Assembly (NCBI GenBank): GCA_032718475.1
Contig: JAUCBJ010005336.1
Span: 1 to 42,791, forward strand
DNA length: 42,791 nucleotides
Origin: Nemertoderma westbladi
Lineage: Eukaryota > Animalia > Xenacoelomorpha
Direction: 5' to 3'
In this document: positions 13,001 through 26,395 of the stretch, piece by piece
How the letters are laid out: each line of letters starts with the position of its first letter
Position numbering within the stretch: the first letter of the stretch is position 1
Position numbers and translations under genes: made by a program
Notes under the pieces: model-generated
The model's input: the letters and a program-made list of their open reading frames with translations, nothing else
The model's database searches: none
Told to the model about the DNA's origin: nothing

Positions 13001-16000
13001 CATGTAGAGTAAGATTGTGGATCTGTGAGTTAGAAGAGCATGCAGAGTACGATTGTGGATCTGTGAGTTAGAAGAGCAAGTGGAGTAAGATTGTGGATCT
13101 GTGAGTTAGAAGAGCATGCAGAGTAAGGTTGTGGATCTGTGAGTTAGAAGAGCATGTAGAGTAAGATTGTGGATCTGTGAGTTAGAAGAGCATGCAGAGT
13201 ACGATTGTGGATCTGTGAGTTAGAAGAGCATGTAGAGTAAGATTGTGGATCTGTGAGTTAGAAGAGCATGCAGAGTAAGATTGTGGATCTGTGAGTTAGA
13301 AGAGCATGCAGAGTAAGATTGTGGATCTGTGAGTTAGAAGAGCATATAGAGTAAGATTGTGGATCTGTGAGTTAGAAGAGCATGTAGAGTAAGATGGTGG
13401 ATCTGTGAGTTAGAAGAGCATATAGAGTAAGATTGTGGATCTGTGAGTTAGAAGAGCATGTAGAGTAAGATTGTGGATCTGTGAGTTAGAAGAGCATGTA
13501 GAGTAAGATTGTGGATCTGTGAGTTAGAAGAGCATGCAGAGTAAGATTGTGGATCTGTGAGTTAGAAGAGCATGTAGAGTAAGATTGTGGATCTGTGAGT
13601 TAGAAGAGCATGCAGAGTAAGGTTGTGGATCTGTGAGTTAGAAGAGCATGTAGAGTAAGATTGTGGATCTGTGAGTTAGAAGAGCATGCAGAGTAAGGTT
13701 GTGTGTGAGTTAGAAGAGCATGTAGAGTAAGATTGTGGATCTGTGAGTTAGAAGAGCATGCAGAGTACGATTGTGGATCTGTGAGTTAGAAGAGCATGTA
13801 GAGTAAGATTGCGGATCTGTGAGTTAGAAGAGCATGCAGAGTAAGGTTGTGGATCTGTGAGTTAGAAGAGCATGTAGAGTAAGATTGTGGATCTGTGAGT
13901 TAGAAGAGCATGCAGAGTACGATTGTGGATCTGTGAGTTAGAAGAGCATGTAGAGTAAGATTGTGGATCTGTGAGTTAGAAGAGCATGCAGAGTAAGATT
14001 GTGGATCTGTGAGTTAGAAGAGCATGCAGAGTAAGATTGTGGATCTGTGAGTTAGAAGAGCATATAGAGTAAGATTGTGGATCTGTGAGTTAGAAGAGCA
14101 TGTAGAGTAAGATGGTGGATCTGTGAGTTAGAAGAGCATATAGAGTAAGATTGTGGATCTGTGAGTTAGAAGAGCATGTAGAGTAAGATTGTGGATCTGT
14201 GAGTTAGAAGAGCATGTAGAGTAAGATTGTGGATCTGTGAGTTAGAAGAGCATGCAGAGTAAGATTGTGGATCTGTGAGTTAGAAGAGCATGTAGAGTAA
14301 GATTGTGGATCTGTGAGTTAGAAGAGCATGCAGAGTAAGGTTGTGGATCTGTGAGTTAGAAGAGCATGTAGAGTAAGATTGTGGATCTGTGAGTTAGAAG
14401 AGCATGCAGAGTAAGGTTGTGTGTGAGTTAGAAGAGCATGTAGAGTAAGATTGTGGATCTGTGAGTTAGAAGAGCATGCAGAGTACGATTGTGGATCTGT
14501 GAGTTAGAAGAGCATGTAGAGTAAGATTGTGGATCTGTGAGTTAGAAGAGCATGCAGAGTAAGGTTGTGGATCTGTGAGTTAGAAGAGCATGTAGAGTAA
14601 GATTGTGGATCTGTGAGTTAGAAGAGCATGCAGAGTAAGGTTGTGTGTGAGTTAGAAGAGCATGTAGAGTAAGATTGTGGATCTGTGAGTTAGAAGAGCA
14701 TGCAGAGTAAGATTGTGGATCTGTGAGTTAGAAGAGCATGTAGAGTAAGATTGTGGATCTGTGAGTTAGAAGAGCATGCAGAGTAAGATTGTGGATCTGT
14801 GAGTTAGAAGAGCATGTAGAGTAAGATTGTGGATCTGTGAGTTAGAAGAGCATGCAGAGTAAGGTTGTGGATCTGTGAGTTAGAAGAGCATGTAGAGTAA
14901 GATTGTGGATCTGTGAGTTAGAAGAGCATGTAGAGTAAGGTTGTGTGTGAGTTAGAAGAGCATGTAGAGTAAGATTGTGGATCTGTGAGTTAGAAGAGCA
15001 TGCAGAGTACGATTGTGGATCTGTGAGTTAGAAGAGCATGCAGAGTAAGGTTGTGTGTGAGTTAGAAGAGCATGTAGAGTAAGGTTGTGGATCTGTGAGT
15101 TAGAAGAGCATGTAGAGTAAGGTTGTGTGTGAGTTAGAAGAGCATGTAGAGTAAGGTTGTGTGTGAGTTAGAAGAGCATGTAGAGTAAGATTGTGGATCT
15201 GTGAGTTAGAAGAGCATGCAGAGTACGATTGTGGATCTGTGAGTTAGAAGAGCATGCAGAGTAAGGTTGTGTGTGAGTTAGAAGAGCATGTAGAGTAAGG
15301 TTGTGGATCTGTGAGTTAGAAGAGCATGTAGAGTAAGATTGTGGATCTGTGAGTTAGAAGAGCATGCAGAGTAAGATTGTGGATCTGTGAGTTAGAAGAG
15401 CATGTAGAGTAAGGTTGTGTGTGAGTTAGAAGAGCATGTAGAGTAAGGTTGTGGATATGTGAGTTAGAAGAGCATGCAGACTAAGATTGTGGATCTGCGA
15501 GTTAGAAGAGCATGCAGAGTAAGGTTGTGTGTGAGTTAGAAGAGCATGTAGAGTAAGATTGTGGATCTGTCAGTTAGAAGAGCATGCAGAGTAAGATTGT
15601 GGATCTGTGAGTTAGAAGAGCATGCAGAGTAAGGTTGTGTGTGAGTTAGAAGAGCATGTAGAGTAAGGTGGTGGATCTGTGAGTTAGAAGAGCATGCAGA
15701 GTAAGATTGTGGATCTGTGAGTTAGAAGAGCATGTAGAGTAAGGTTGTGTGTGAGTTAGAAGAGCATGTAGAGTAAGGTTGTGGATCTGTGAGTTAGAAG
15801 AGCATATAGAGTAAGATTGTGGATCTGTGAGTTAGAAGAGCATGCAGAGTAAGATTGTGGATCTGTGAGTTAGAAGAGCATGTAGAGTAAGATTTTGGAT
15901 CTGTGAGTTAGAAGAGCATGTAGAGTAAGATTGTGGATCTGTGAGTTAGAAGAGCATGCAGAGTAAGGTTGTGGATCTGTGAGTTAGAAGAGCATGTAGA

Positions 16001-19000
16001 GTAAGATTGTGGATCTGTGAGTTAGAAGAGCATGCAGAGTAAGGTTGTGTGTGAGTTAGAAGAGCATGTAGAGTAAGATTGTGGATCTGTGAGTTAGAAG
16101 AGCATGCAGAGTACGATTGTGGATCTGTGAGTTAGAAGAGCAAGTGGAGTAAGATTGTGGATCTGTGAGTTAGAAGAGCATGCAGAGTAAGGTTGTGGAT
16201 CTGTGAGTTAGAAGAGCATGTAGAGTAAGATTGTGGATCTGTGAGTTAGAAGAGCATGCAGAGTACGATTGTGGATCTGTGAGTTAGAAGAGCATGTAGA
16301 GTAAGATTGTGGATCTGTGAGTTAGAAGAGCATGCAGAGTAAGATTGTGGATCTGTGAGTTAGAAGAGCATGCAGAGTAAGATTGTGGATCTGTGAGTTA
16401 GAAGAGCATATAGAGTAAGATTGTGGATCTGTGAGTTAGAAGAGCATGTAGAGTAAGATGGTGGATCTGTGAGTTAGAAGAGCATATAGAGTAAGATTGT
16501 GGATCTGTGAGTTAGAAGAGCATGTAGAGTAAGATTGTGGATCTGTGAGTTAGAAGAGCATGTAGAGTAAGATTGTGGATCTGTGAGTTAGAAGAGCATG
16601 CAGAGTAAGATTGTGGATCTGTGAGTTAGAAGAGCATGTAGAGTAAGATTGTGGATCTGTGAGTTAGAAGAGCATGCAGAGTAAGGTTGTGGATCTGTGA
16701 GTTAGAAGAGCATGTAGAGTAAGATTGTGGATCTGTGAGTTAGAAGAGCATGCAGAGTAAGGTTGTGTGTGAGTTAGAAGAGCATGTAGAGTAAGATTGT
16801 GGATCTGTGAGTTAGAAGAGCATGCAGAGTACGATTGTGGATCTGTGAGTTAGAAGAGCATGTAGAGTAAGATTGCGGATCTGTGAGTTAGAAGAGCATG
16901 CAGAGTAAGGTTGTGGATCTGTGAGTTAGAAGAGCATGTAGAGTAAGATTGTGGATCTGTGAGTTAGAAGAGCATGCAGAGTACGATTGTGGATCTGTGA
17001 GTTAGAAGAGCATGTAGAGTAAGATTGTGGATCTGTGAGTTAGAAGAGCATGCAGAGTAAGATTGTGGATCTGTGAGTTAGAAGAGCATGTAGAGTAAGA
17101 TTGTGGATCTGTGAGTTAGAAGAGCATGCAGAGTACGATTGTGGATCTGTGAGTTAGAAGAGCATGTAGAGTAAGATTGTGGATCTGTGAGTTAGAAGAG
17201 CATGCAGAGTAAGGTTGTGGATCTGTGAGTTAGAAGAGCATGTAGAGTAAGATTGTGGATCTGTGAGTTAGAAGAGCATGCAGAGTACGATTGTGGATCT
17301 GTGAGTTAGAAGAGCATGTAGAGTAAGATTGTGGATCTGTGAGTTAGAAGAGCATGCAGAGTAAGATTGTGGATCTGTGAGTTAGAAGAGCATGCAGAGT
17401 AAGATTGTGGATCTGTGAGTTAGAAGAGCATATAGAGTAAGATTGTGGATCTGTGAGTTAGAAGAGCATGTCGAGTAAGATGGTGGATCTGTGAGTTAGA
17501 AGAGCATATAGAGTAAGATTGTGGATCTGTGAGTTAGAAGAGCATGTAGAGTAAGATTGTGGATCTGTGAGTTAGAAGAGCATGTAGAGTAAGATTGTGG
17601 ATCTGTGAGTTAGAAGAGCATGCAGAGTAAGATTGTGGATCTGTGAGTTAGAAGAGCATGTAGAGTAAGATTGTGGATCTGTGAGTTAGAAGAGCATGCA
17701 GAGTAAGGTTGTGGATCTGTGAGTTAGAAGAGCATGTAGAGTAAGATTGTGGATCTGTGAGTTAGAAGAGCATGCAGAGTAAGGTTGTGTGTGAGTTAGA
17801 AGAGCATGTAGAGTAAGATTGTGGATCTGTGAGTTAGAAGAGCATGCAGAGTACGATTGTGGATCTGTGAGTTAGAAGAGCATGTAGAGTAAGATTGTGG
17901 ATCTGTGAGTTAGAAGAGCATGCAGAGTAAGGTTGTGGATCTGTGAGTTAGAAGAGCATGTAGAGTAAGATTGTGGATCTGTGAGTTAGAAGAGCATGCA
18001 GAGTAAGGTTGTGTGTGAGTTAGAAGAGCATGTAGAGTAAGATTGTGGATCTGTGAGTTAGAAGAGCATGCAGAGTAAGATTGTGGATCTGTGAGTTAGA
18101 AGAGCATGTAGAGTAAGATTGTGGATCTGTGAGTTAGAAGAGCATGCAGAGTAAGGTTGTGGATCTGTGAGTTAGAAGAGCATGTAGAGTAAGATTGTGG
18201 ATCTGTGAGTTAGAAGAGCATGTAGAGTAAGGTTGTGTGTGAGTTAGAAGAGCATGTAGAGTAAGATTGTGGATCTGTGAGTTAGAAGAGCATGCAGAGT
18301 ACGATTGTGGATCTGTGAGTTAGAAGAGCATGCAGAGTAAGGTTGTGTGTGAGTTAGAAGAGCATGTAGAGTAAGATTGTGGATCTGAGAGTTAGAAGAG
18401 CATGCAGAGTACGATTGTGGATCTGTGAGTTAGAAGAGCATGCAGAGTAAGGTTGTGTGTGAGTTAGAAGAGCATGTAGAGTAAGATTGTGGATCTGTGA
18501 GTTAGAAGAGCATGCAGAGTAAGATTGTGGATCTGTGAGTTAGAAGAGCATGTAGAGTAAGGTTGTGTGTGAGTTAGAAGAGCATGTAGAGTAAGGTTGT
18601 GGATATGTGAGTTAGAAGAGCATGCAGACTAAGATTGTGGATCTGCGAGTTAGAAGAGCATGCAGAGTAAGGTTGTGTGTGAGTTAGAAGAGCATGTAGA
18701 GTAAGATTGTGGATCTGTCAGTTAGAAGAGCATGCAGAGTAAGATTGTGGATCTGTGAGTTAGAAGAGCATGCAGAGTAAGGTTGTGTGTGAGTTAGAAG
18801 AGCATGTAGAGTAAGGTGGTGGATCTGTGAGTTAGAAGAGCATGCAGAGTAAGATTGTGGATCTGTGAGTTAGAAGAGCATGTAGAGTAAGGTTGTGTGT
18901 GAGTTAGAAGAGCATGTAGAGTAAGGTTGTGGATCTGTGAGTTAGAAGAGCATATAGAGTAAGATTGTGGATCTGTGAGTTAGAAGAGCATGCAGAGTAA

Positions 19001-21363
19001 GATTGTGGATCTGTGAGTTAGAAGAGCATGTAGAGTAAGATTTTGGATCTGTGAGTTAGAAGAGCATGTAGAGTAAGATTGTGGATCTGTGAGTTAGAAG
19101 AGCATGCAGAGTAAGGTTGTGGATCTGTGAGTTAGAAGAGCATGTAGAGTAAGATTGTGGATCTGTGAGTTAGAAGAGCATGCAGAGTAAGGTTGTGTGT
19201 GAGTTAGAAGAGCATGTAGAGTAAGATTGTGGATCTGTGAGTTAGAAGAGCATGCAGAGTACGATTGTGGATCTGTGAGTTAGAAGAGCATGTGGAGTAA
19301 GATTGTGGATCTGTGAGTTAGAAGAGCATGCAGAGTAAGGTTGTGGATCTGTGAGTTAGAAGAGCATGTAGAGTAAGATTGTGGATCTGTGAGTTAGAAG
19401 AGCATGCAGAGTACGATTGTGGATCTGTGAGTTAGAAGAGCATGTAGAGTAAGATTGTGGATCTGTGAGTTAGAAGAGCATGCAGAGTAAGATTGTGGAT
19501 CTGTGAGTTAGAAGAGCATGCAGAGTAAGATTGTGGATCTGTGAGTTAGAAGAGCATATAGAGTAAGATTGTGGATCTGTGAGTTAGAAGAGCATGTAGA
19601 GTAAGATGGTGGATCTGTGAGTTAGAAGAGCATATAGAGTAAGATTGTGGATCTGTGAGTTAGAAGAGCATGTAGAGTAAGATTGTGGATCTGTGAGTTA
19701 GAAGAGCATGTAGAGTAAGATTGTGGATCTGTGAGTTAGAAGAGCATGCAGAGTAAGATTGTGGATCTGTGAGTTAGAAGAGCATGTAGAGTAAGATTGT
19801 GGATCTGTGAGTTAGAAGAGCATGCAGAGTAAGGTTGTGGATCTGTGAGTTAGAAGAGCATGTAGAGTAAGATTGTGGATCTGTGAGTTAGAAGAGCATG
19901 CAGAGTAAGGTTGTGTGTGAGTTAGAAGAGCATGTAGAGTAAGATTGTGGATCTGTGAGTTAGAAGAGCATGCAGAGTACGATTGTGGATCTGTGAGTTA
20001 GAAGAGCATGTAGAGTAAGATTGTGGATCTGTGAGTTAGAAGAGCATGCAGAGTAAGGTTGTGGATCTGTGAGTTAGAAGAGCATGTAGAGTAAGATTGT
20101 GGATCTGTGAGTTAGAAGAGCATGCAGAGTAAGGTTGTGTGTGAGTTAGAAGAGCATGTAGAGTAAGATTGTGGATCTGTGAGTTAGAAGAGCATGCAGA
20201 GTAAGATTGTGGATCTGTGAGTTAGAAGAGCATGTAGAGTAAGATTGTGGATCTGTGAGTTAGAAGAGCATGCAGAGTAAGGTTGTGGATCTGTGAGTTA
20301 GAAGAGCATGTAGAGTAAGATTGTGGATCTGTGAGTTAGAAGAGCATGCAGAGTAAGGTTGTGTGTGAGTTAGAAGAGCATGTAGAGTAAGATTGTGGAT
20401 CTGTGAGTTAGAAGAGCATGCAGAGTACGATTGTGGATCTGTGAGTTAGAAGAGCATGCAGAGTAAGGTTGTGTGTGAGTTAGAAGAGCATGTAGAGTAA
20501 GATTGTGGATCTGAGAGTTAGAAGAGCATGCAGAGTACGATTGTGGATCTGTGAGTTAGAAGAGCATGCAGAGTAAGGTTGTGTGTGAGTTAGAAGAGCA
20601 TGTAGAGTAAGATTGTGGATCTGTGAGTTAGAAGAGCATGCAGAGTAAGATTGTGGATCTGTGAGTTAGAAGAGCATGTAGAGTAAGGTTGTGTGTGAGT
20701 TAGAAGAGCATGTAGAGTAAGGTTGTGGATATGTGAGTTAGAAGAGCATGCAGACTAAGATTGTGGATCTGCGAGTTAGAAGAGCATGCAGAGTAAGGTT
20801 GTGTGTGAGTTAGAAGAGCATGTAGAGTAAGATTGTGGATCTGTCAGTTAGAAGAGCATGCAGAGTAAGATTGTGGATCTGTGAGTTAGAAGAGCATGCA
20901 GAGTAAGGTTGTGTGTGAGTTAGAAGAGCATGTAGAGTAAGGTGGTGGATCTGTGAGTTAGAAGAGCATGCAGAGTAAGATTGTGGATCTGTGAGTTAGA
21001 AGAGCATGTAGAGTAAGGTTGTGTGTGAGTTAGAAGAGCATGTAGAGTAAGGTTGTGGATCTGTGAGTTAGAAGAGCATATAGAGTAAGATTGTGGATCT
21101 GTGAGTTAGAAGAGCATGCAGAGTAAGATTGTGGATCTGTGAGTTAGAAGAGCATGTAGAGTAAGATTTTGGATCTGTGAGTTAGAAGAGCATGTAGAGT
21201 AAGATTGTGGATCTGTGAGTTAGAAGAGCATGCAGAGTAAGATTGTGGATCTGTGAGTTAGAAGAGCATGCAGAGTAAGATTGTGGATCTGTGAGTTAGA
21301 AGAGCATGCAGGGTAAGATTGTGGATCTGTGAGTTAGAAGAGCATGTAGAGTAAGATTGTGGA
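4087..21363 (+). repeat. 38-bp minisatellite array, 17.3 kb (roughly 455-460 units)
   Basis: Unit GTGAGTTAGAAGAGCATGTAGAGTAAGATTGTGGATCT. Variants include ATGCAG/ATATAG, GTACGA and a 34-bp GATC-deleted form (AAGGTTGTGTGTGAG). Confidence 0.99.
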
Positions 21364-21601
21364 AACCATAAATATTTACTGAATTGGGTGTCCATGTGAT
21401 CGTCGGAAATATAAATAAATTAAGGTTACAAAATTAATATAAAAAATGTTACAAATACAGTTACAATCAATATGATAGACCTCGGAAATAAAGCGAGTTA
21501 AGGGCAAAACAAATGCAAATATTTATTTAATAAATCATAATAAATAATTAATAATAGTTAACTAATCAATTCTATGGTTTAGAAGTGAACCAGTCTGTGG
21601 T

Positions 21602-21856
21602 TTAGAAATGATCACCCCCTCCCCCATGGTGTCCATGCGACATGTTCCCTCCACCAATTTCTCCTCTGGTACTGCCGCCCCCTACCAGAGGTTTTGGGAA
21701 CTGTTGTGGGGCCGCCAACTTCGATCCTCCTCGTCTCAACATCCGCTTCTCTAGCGCTCTCAGATGTGATTTCCTGTTGCACTGGCAATAGTTAGCAGGC
21801 AATGAGGGAGACGGGCATATGGAACCATGTCTTAAACTGAATAGTTGTATTTGCGA
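21602..21856 (-). other. Possible terminal coding exon of an unidentified gene
   Basis: GC-rich island in AT-rich DNA with acceptor-like TTTATTGCAG at 21857-21866, followed by an 84-codon open frame (SQIQLFSLRH...HGGGGDHF*). No recognisable domain. Confidence 0.3.
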
Positions 21857-22251
21857 CTGCAATAAATATTTATTTAATAATAAATAAATTGATTATAATA
21901 AATAATCATTTATTATAATTCCAAACCACGGTTATATGAGAGGGCACCGTTATAAGTGCATCTAATACGAACCATGATCACATCATACAAAGGTCATTGA
22001 ACTATGATAAAATAAAGTGAAAAAATTAAGTAACACCATCCTGGCAGGGGATGTAACCGAGCTCGATATATTTTTACTTACGTATTTCCAATCTAATAAT
22101 GTAAAGTAAATTTATCGCTGAAAATGTAGCCTCTATAAGAAGAGGGAGAGGGTGTTCCACCCACACTAACTCCAAAGCAAACGTTGAACACTATCCAACT
22201 CTTTTTAGGTTCCCATATCCCTGGGAAGGTACAAAATATAGACTATCGAAA

Positions 22252-25200
22252 CTGGTACCGGTACCTCCCACCTAGAAGCAAATCAAGTGACCACTCTACC
22301 AGCTAGCTGGTACCTCCCACCTAGAAGCAAATCGAGTGACCATTCCACCAGCTAGCTGGTACCTCCCACCTTGAAGCAAATCGCGTGACCATTCCACCAG
22401 CTAGCTGGTACCTCCCACCTAGAAGCAAATCGAGTGACCATTCCACCAGCTAGCTGGTACCTCCCACCTAGAAGCAAATCGAGTGACCACTCCACCAGCT
22501 AGCTGGTACCTCCCACCTAGAATCAAATCGAGTGACCATTCCACCAGCTAGCTGGTACCTCCCACTTAGAAGCAAATCGAGTGACCACTCTACCAGCTAG
22601 CCGGTACCTCCCACCTTTAAGCAAATCGAGTGACCATTCCACCAGCTAGCTGGTACCTCCCACCTAGAAGCAAATCGAGTGACCATTCCACCAGCTAGCT
22701 GGTACCTCCCACCTAGAAGCAAATCGTGTGACCATTCCACCAGCTAGCTGGTACCTCCCACCTTGAAGCAAATCGAGTGACCATTCCACCAGCTAGCTGG
22801 TACCTCCCACCTAGAAGCAAATCGAGTGACCACTCCACCAGCTAGCTGGTACCTCCCACCTTGAAGCAAATCGAGTGACCACTCCACCAGCTACCTGGTA
22901 CCTCCCACCTAGAATCAAATCGAGTGACCATTCCACCAGCTAGCTGGTACCTCCCACCTAGAAGCAAATCGTGTGACCATTCCACCAGCTAGCTGGTACC
23001 TCCCACCTTGAAGCAAATCGCGTGACCATTCCACCAGCTAGCTGGTACCTCCCACCTAGAAGCAAATCGAGTGACCATTCCACCAGCTAGCTGGTACCTC
23101 CCACCTAGAAGCAAATCGAGTGACCACTCCACCAGCTAGCTGGTACCTCCCACCTTGAAGCAAATCGAGTGACCACTCCACCAGCTAGCTGGTACCTCCC
23201 ACCTAGAATCAAATCGAGTGACCATTCCACCAGCTAGCTGGTACCTCCCACCTAGAAGCAAATCGAGTGACCACTCTACCAGCTAGCCGGTACCTCCCAC
23301 CTTTAAGCAAATCGAGTGACCATTCCACCAGCTAGCTGGTACCTCCCACCTAGAAGCAAATCGAGTGACCATTCCACCAGCTAGCTGGTACCTCCCACCT
23401 AGAAGCAAATCGTGTGACCATTCCACCAGCTAGCTGGTACCTCCCACCTAGAAGCAAATCGAGTGACCACTCTACCAGCTAGCCGGTACCTCCCACCTTT
23501 AAGCAAATCGAGTGACCATTCCACCAGCTAGCTGGTACCTCCCACCTAGAAGCAAATGGAGTGACCATTCCACCAGCTAGCTGGTACCTCCCACCTAGAA
23601 GCAAATCGAGTGACCACTCCACCAGCTAGCTGGTACCTCCCACCTAGAAGCAAATCGTGTGACCATTCCACCAGCTAGCTGGTACCTCCCACCTAGAAGC
23701 AAATCGTGTGACCACTCCACCAGCTAGCTGGTACCTCCCACCTAGAATCAAATCGAGTGACCATTCCACCAGCTAGCTGGTACCTCCCACCTAGAAGCAA
23801 ATCGTGTGACCACTCCACCAGCTAGCTGGTACCTCCCACCTAGAATCAAATCGAGTGACAATTCCACCAGCTAGCTGGTACCTCCCACCTAGAAGCAAAT
23901 CGAGTGACCATTCCACCAGCTAGCTGGTACCTCCCACCTAGAAGCAAATCGAGTGACCATTCCACCAGCTAGCTGGTACCTCCCACCTAGAAGCAAATCG
24001 TGTGACCATTCCACCAGCTAGTTGGTACCTCCCACCTAGAAGCAAATCGTGTGACCATTCCACCAGCTAGCTGGTACCTCCCACCTAGAAGCAAATCGTG
24101 TGACCACTCCACCAGCTAGCTGGTACCTCCCACCTAGAAGCAAATCGAGTGACCATTCCACCAGCTAGCTGGTACCTCCCACCTAGAAGCAAATCGAGTG
24201 ACCATTCCACCAGCTAGCTGGTACCTCCCACCTAGAAGCAAATCGAGTGACCATTCCACCAGCTAGCTGGTACCTCCCACCTAGAAGCAAATCGTGTGAC
24301 CACTCCACCAGCTAGCTGGTACCTCCCGTCTAGAAGCAAATCGAGTGACCATTCCACCAGCTAGCTGGTACCTCCCACCTAGAAGCAAATCGAGTGACCA
24401 TTCCACCAGCTAGCTGGTACCTCCCACCTAGAAGCAAATCGAGTGACGATTCCACCAGCTAGCTGGTACATCCCACCTTGAAGCAAATCGAGTGACCATT
24501 CCACCAGCTAGCTGGTACCTCCCACCTAGAAGCAAATCGAGTGACCATTCCACCAGCTAGCTGGTACCTCCCACCTAGAAGCAAATCGTGTGACCATTCC
24601 ACCAGCTAGCTGGTACCTCCCACCTAGAAGCAAATCGAGTGACCACTCTACCAGCTAGCTGGTACCTCCCACCTAGAAGCAAATCGAGTGACCATTCCAC
24701 CAGCTAGCTGGTACCTCCCACCTAGAAGCAAATCGAGTGACCACTCCACCAGCTAGGTGGTACCTCCCGTCTAGAAGCAAATCGAGTGACCATTCCACCA
24801 GCTAGCTGGTACCTCCCACCTAGAAGCAAATCGAGTGACCATTCCACCAGCTAGCTGGTACCTCCCATCTAGAAGCAAATCGAGTGACCACTCCACCAGC
24901 TAGCTGGTACCTCTCACCTAGAAGCAAATCGAGTGACCATTCCACCAGCTAGCTGGTACCTCCCGTCTAGAAGCAAATCGAGTGACCATTCCACCAGCTA
25001 GCTGGTACCTCCCACCTTGAAGCAAATCGAGTGACCACTCTACCAGCTAGCTGGTACCTCCCGTCTAGAAGCAAATCGAGTGACCACTCCACCAGCTAGC
25101 TGGTACCTCCCACCTAGAATCAAATCGAGTGACCATTCCACCAGCTAGCTGGTACCTCCCACCTAGAAGCAAATCGAGTGACCATTCCACCAGCTAATTG

Positions 25201-26052
25201 GTACCTCCCACCTAGAAGCAAATCGAGTGACCATTCCACCAGCTAGCTGGTACCTCCCGTCTAGAAGCAAATCGAGTGACCATTCCACCAGCTAGCTGGT
25301 ACCTCCCACCTAGAAGCAAATCGAGTGACCATTCCACCAGCTAGTTGGTACCTCCCACCTAGAATCAAATCGAGTGACCATTCCACCAGCTAGCTGGTAC
25401 CTCCCGTCTAGAAGCCAATCGAGTGACCATTCCACCAGCTAGCTGGTACCTCCCACCTAGAAGCAAATCGAGTGACCACTCCACCAGCTAGCTGGTACCT
25501 CCCACCTAGAAGCAAATCGAGTGACCATTCCACCAGCTAGCTGGTACCTCCCACCTAGAAGCAAATCGAGTGACCATTCCACCAGCTAGTTGGTACCTCC
25601 CATCTAGAAGCAAATCGAGTGACCATTCCACCAGCTAGCTGGTACCTCCCACCTAAAAGCAAATCGAGTGACCATTCCACCAGCTAGTTGGTACCTCCCA
25701 TCTAGAAGCAAATCGAGTGACCATTCCACCAGCTAGCTGGTACCTCCCACCTAGAATCAAATCGAGTGACCATTCCACCAGCTAGCTGGTACCTCCCACC
25801 TAGAAGCAAATCGAGTGACCATTCCACCAGCTAGCTGGTACCTCCCACCTAGAAGCAAATCGAGTGACCACTCCACCAGCTAGCTGGTACCTCCCACCTA
25901 GAAGCAAATCGAGTGACCATTCCACCAGCTAGCTGGTACCTCCCACCTAGAAGCAAATCGAGTGACCATTCCACCAGCTAGCTGGTACCTCCCACCTTGA
26001 AGCAAATCGAGTGACCACTCCACCAGCTAGCTGGTACCTCCCACCTAGAAGC
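22252..26052 (+). repeat. 49-bp minisatellite array (about 77 units)
   Basis: Unit GGTACCTCCCACCTAGAAGCAAATCGAGTGACCATTCCACCAGCTAGCT. Each junction forms the 14-bp palindrome ACCAGCTAGCTGGT. Confidence 0.98.
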
Positions 26053-26126
26053 GACATGGGATATAATGGTAGATAATAGTTCCAAGTCCCAGGTGATTAA
26101 CTGGCTATCCCGAAAGGGGCGACTAT

Positions 26127-26395
26127 GGCCCATGTGAAGAATACCAGACTTACTGCCGTTATATTTCACTTTGCAGTTACCCCCATGTGAAAAATACCAG
26201 GTTTTCACCAAAAACACAGGTAACAGAAGTGCTGAATCTAACCAAAACAATAAACGAATTAGTATATTTACAGGTTATAAGAGCGCTATAAAACACTTAA
26301 TAAAGATAAATTAAAAAAAAATTAAAAATCTTCATATATAAAATTCCAATAAAAAGTCGACCGAAAAGTGAAATCCTGGTATTCTTCACATGGGC
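26127..26395. mobile_element. 269-bp MITE, Mutator-like by its 9-bp TSD
   Basis: Perfect 20-bp inverted repeat GCCCATGTGAAGAATACCAG (26128-26147 / 26376-26395), flanked by direct repeat GGCGACTAT (26118-26126 and 26396-26404). A third partial TIR copy lies near 26182-26201. Confidence 0.85.
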
